Made by a program: the position numbers and the translations under genes. A stretch of DNA of 64,000 bases from Paraspadella gotoi (lineage: Eukaryota; Animalia; Chaetognatha), in contig CM119268.1 in NCBI GenBank assembly GCA_051294375.1, forward strand, positions 21,502,672 through 21,566,671, in the 5' to 3' direction. The notes under the pieces were generated by a model. The model saw only the letters and a list, made by a program, of their open reading frames with translations, was not told the DNA's origin and did not search any database. Below are positions 61,929-64,000 of the stretch, in pieces. Numbering within the stretch: position 1 is the stretch's first letter; every line of letters begins with the position of its first letter.

Positions 61929-63070
61929 ACCGTCAGGAAAACGAAAATTTTGTCTGTTTCCAATAATTGATTTTTAATAATGAAATTGTACAGGGTAGTG
62001 ATTCTCTTCATCCTTTTTTTTTTTGTGATGGATAAAATGAATTAAAAAGATTCATTGCCGCAGTACTGAACGAAATTATGTTTTTCTTACATTTATGAAA
62101 AGCGAATACACTTGGTTTAATATTTATGTCAGTAACAAAGGCTTAAAAAATGAAGATTTCAGATGCAACCATTTAATTTTGACTTTAGGTTTTTGGGCTT
62201 GATATTATCAATATAAATTCACCTTAATTGTGCTAAATAGGCGTTTAAAGGGGGGGACCCACATGGATTTTAACCAAAAATATTGATAGCCTAGGGAAAT
62301 CCGTCTCTTTCTTCCGGACTGTGATTCTTTACGTGCAGGGCGGGAGGTGGTTTTTCACATTGCATTGCAACATAGTTAGAACAAGGTCTGGTTGAGTATC
62401 TTCAATTCAATTTTAGTCAGATCTGCTTATCGCAGATTCTGACTCTATAATTCACATTGTCGTCCGTGGTACCCCCCACAAATCTTGTCGGAATTATGCA
62501 AAAATTATGTCGTCGTCCGTCGTCGTCTGTCTGTCGCCTCTCATCTTAACAAAAAACTCAAATTACTCGATGGAATCGTATGAGTGGAAATGAGTTTAAA
62601 AAGAACAAGTTTGAGCAAACAATGTCGGATCTGCCTATGATAAATACTAATTCAGTGGTAATAAGTTAATCCTAAATTGTAGTTCATTCAAATAGCGATG
62701 TCGCCGGCGATTCACGGACGAGTCGCAGGTGTGGTTCTAGTTGGTTGGCGACTTTGCCATGGCGATATCGCCAGGGCCCTGGCGATGTCACCAGTACCCC
62801 CACTGGCGACCTCGCCAGTGATAAAAGTAGCGAATATAATGAAAGGCGCGAGTTAGAGGAGAGGCTCGCGGCTGATGTTGAGACACGGGGATGAACGCAT
62901 CACCCACGGGCGCCAACCAACTAGAACCGATGATAAAGCATGGTAATATTTTCTGACTTTCAATTTTAACAGATCTTAACAGATCGTAACATAACAAATC
63001 AAAGACTTTTTAATAAATCTATGAAAAAATCTATAAATCAATTGATCTATTAATCAACACCAGTAGCTGC

Positions 63071-63360
63071 CAACTTGCATAATTTAGTCAACTTACATAA
63101 TTTGGTAAATTTGCATAATTTGGTCAAATTGAAAAATTTGGTCAACTTGCATAATTTGATCTACTTGCACAATTTGGTCAACTGGCATAATTTGGTCAAC
63201 TGACAAAATTTGTGAACTGATATAATTTTGTGAACTGGCATTATTTTGTCAATTGGCATAATTTGCTCAACTGGCATAATTTGCTCAACTGTCATAATTT
63301 GATCAACTGCCATAATTTTATCAACTGGGATAATTTGGTCAACTGGCATAATTTGGTCAA
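63071..63360 (+). repeat. 18-bp minisatellite (caactggcataatttggt), about 16 units, associated with a minus-strand HINE-like element (to ~63890)
   Basis: Tandem units read directly; related units at 1760-1895 and 56263-56305. Confidence 0.9.
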
Positions 63361-64000
63361 TCAATCAATTAATCAATCAGAGAAAGATAGAGAGAGGGAA
63401 ACTTTTAATAATTCAAATAAATATGTATTTTGGTCTTTTAATATAGACTTTTTTCCACTCCTACGATTCCATCAAAAATTTATATCCAGCTTAATCACAT
63501 ACTTTCCTACCCACTTTTCTATCCAATTTTTAATCAATATAATAATTATGAATAAATATAAGGAAAAATGCTTAAAGTAAATATGACTTTTGTTTTTTTC
63601 CATTTAAACTCATTTCCACTTGCACAATTCCATCGAAACTTTATATCCAGCTCAATCACACACTTCCCTACCCACACACAAAATTTCATTCAAATCCATC
63701 TATCCAATCACGAGTAATTGGAGTTTTTGCTCAGGTGGGACGGACGGACCGACAGACAGATGGACGGACGGACGAATATCGTTTGTTTTTGCATAATTTA
63801 TCATAATTTGATGTTCTGACTTGATATAAGTGAATACCCGACAATATGAGTGGGCGGACCGACAGACCGACAAAATGAATTATAGAGTAAAAAGAAAAAG
63901 AAGCATTATCAATTGGTGAAACAGTTTTTTTGTTTTTTACATTCCATGGTATAATCCTTTCTTTTGTTGTTTTTGAGAGAATAACAAAGTTTTTAATTTA

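Overview
AT-rich, repeat-dense animal genomic scaffold; the six-frame ORF track is mostly uninformative because the real genes are spliced. Main content: (1) two tandem paralogues of a highly divergent GAF-GAF-PDE (PDE10-like) gene with matching exon structure. The first (~15.2-25.0 kb) is nearly complete and keeps its frame, but has lost most metal-binding and substrate residues, so it is a candidate pseudo-phosphodiesterase. The second (~43.4-61.1 kb, N-terminus and GAF-A only) is scrambled by assembly. (2) At least two families of miniature non-autonomous LTR retrotransposons (TRIMs) whose LTRs contain a tRNA-like module (Helenus-type architecture). They share a TGGTGAGCCC primer-binding site, one non-canonical TA terminus, and an internal segment complementary to the LTR-end/PBS junction. 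Family A also shows 4-bp target duplications. (3) Three minimal hammerhead ribozymes; two sit in tiny insertions with 13-bp target duplications, near a decayed Penelope-like reverse transcriptase. (4) A 3.9-kb CAC...GTG DNA transposon with ~1.1-kb inverted repeats and a spliced Transib/Chapaev/RAG1-like transposase remnant. (5) Many DINE-1/HINE-like Helentron-associated elements, MITEs and micro/minisatellites. Large inverted and direct duplications (24-43 kb, 51-60.5 kb) coincide with 25-N gaps, indel-rich sequence and PacBio adapter remnants, so they are probably assembly artefacts or haplotype copies. All family assignments come from motif recognition by eye, not database searches.
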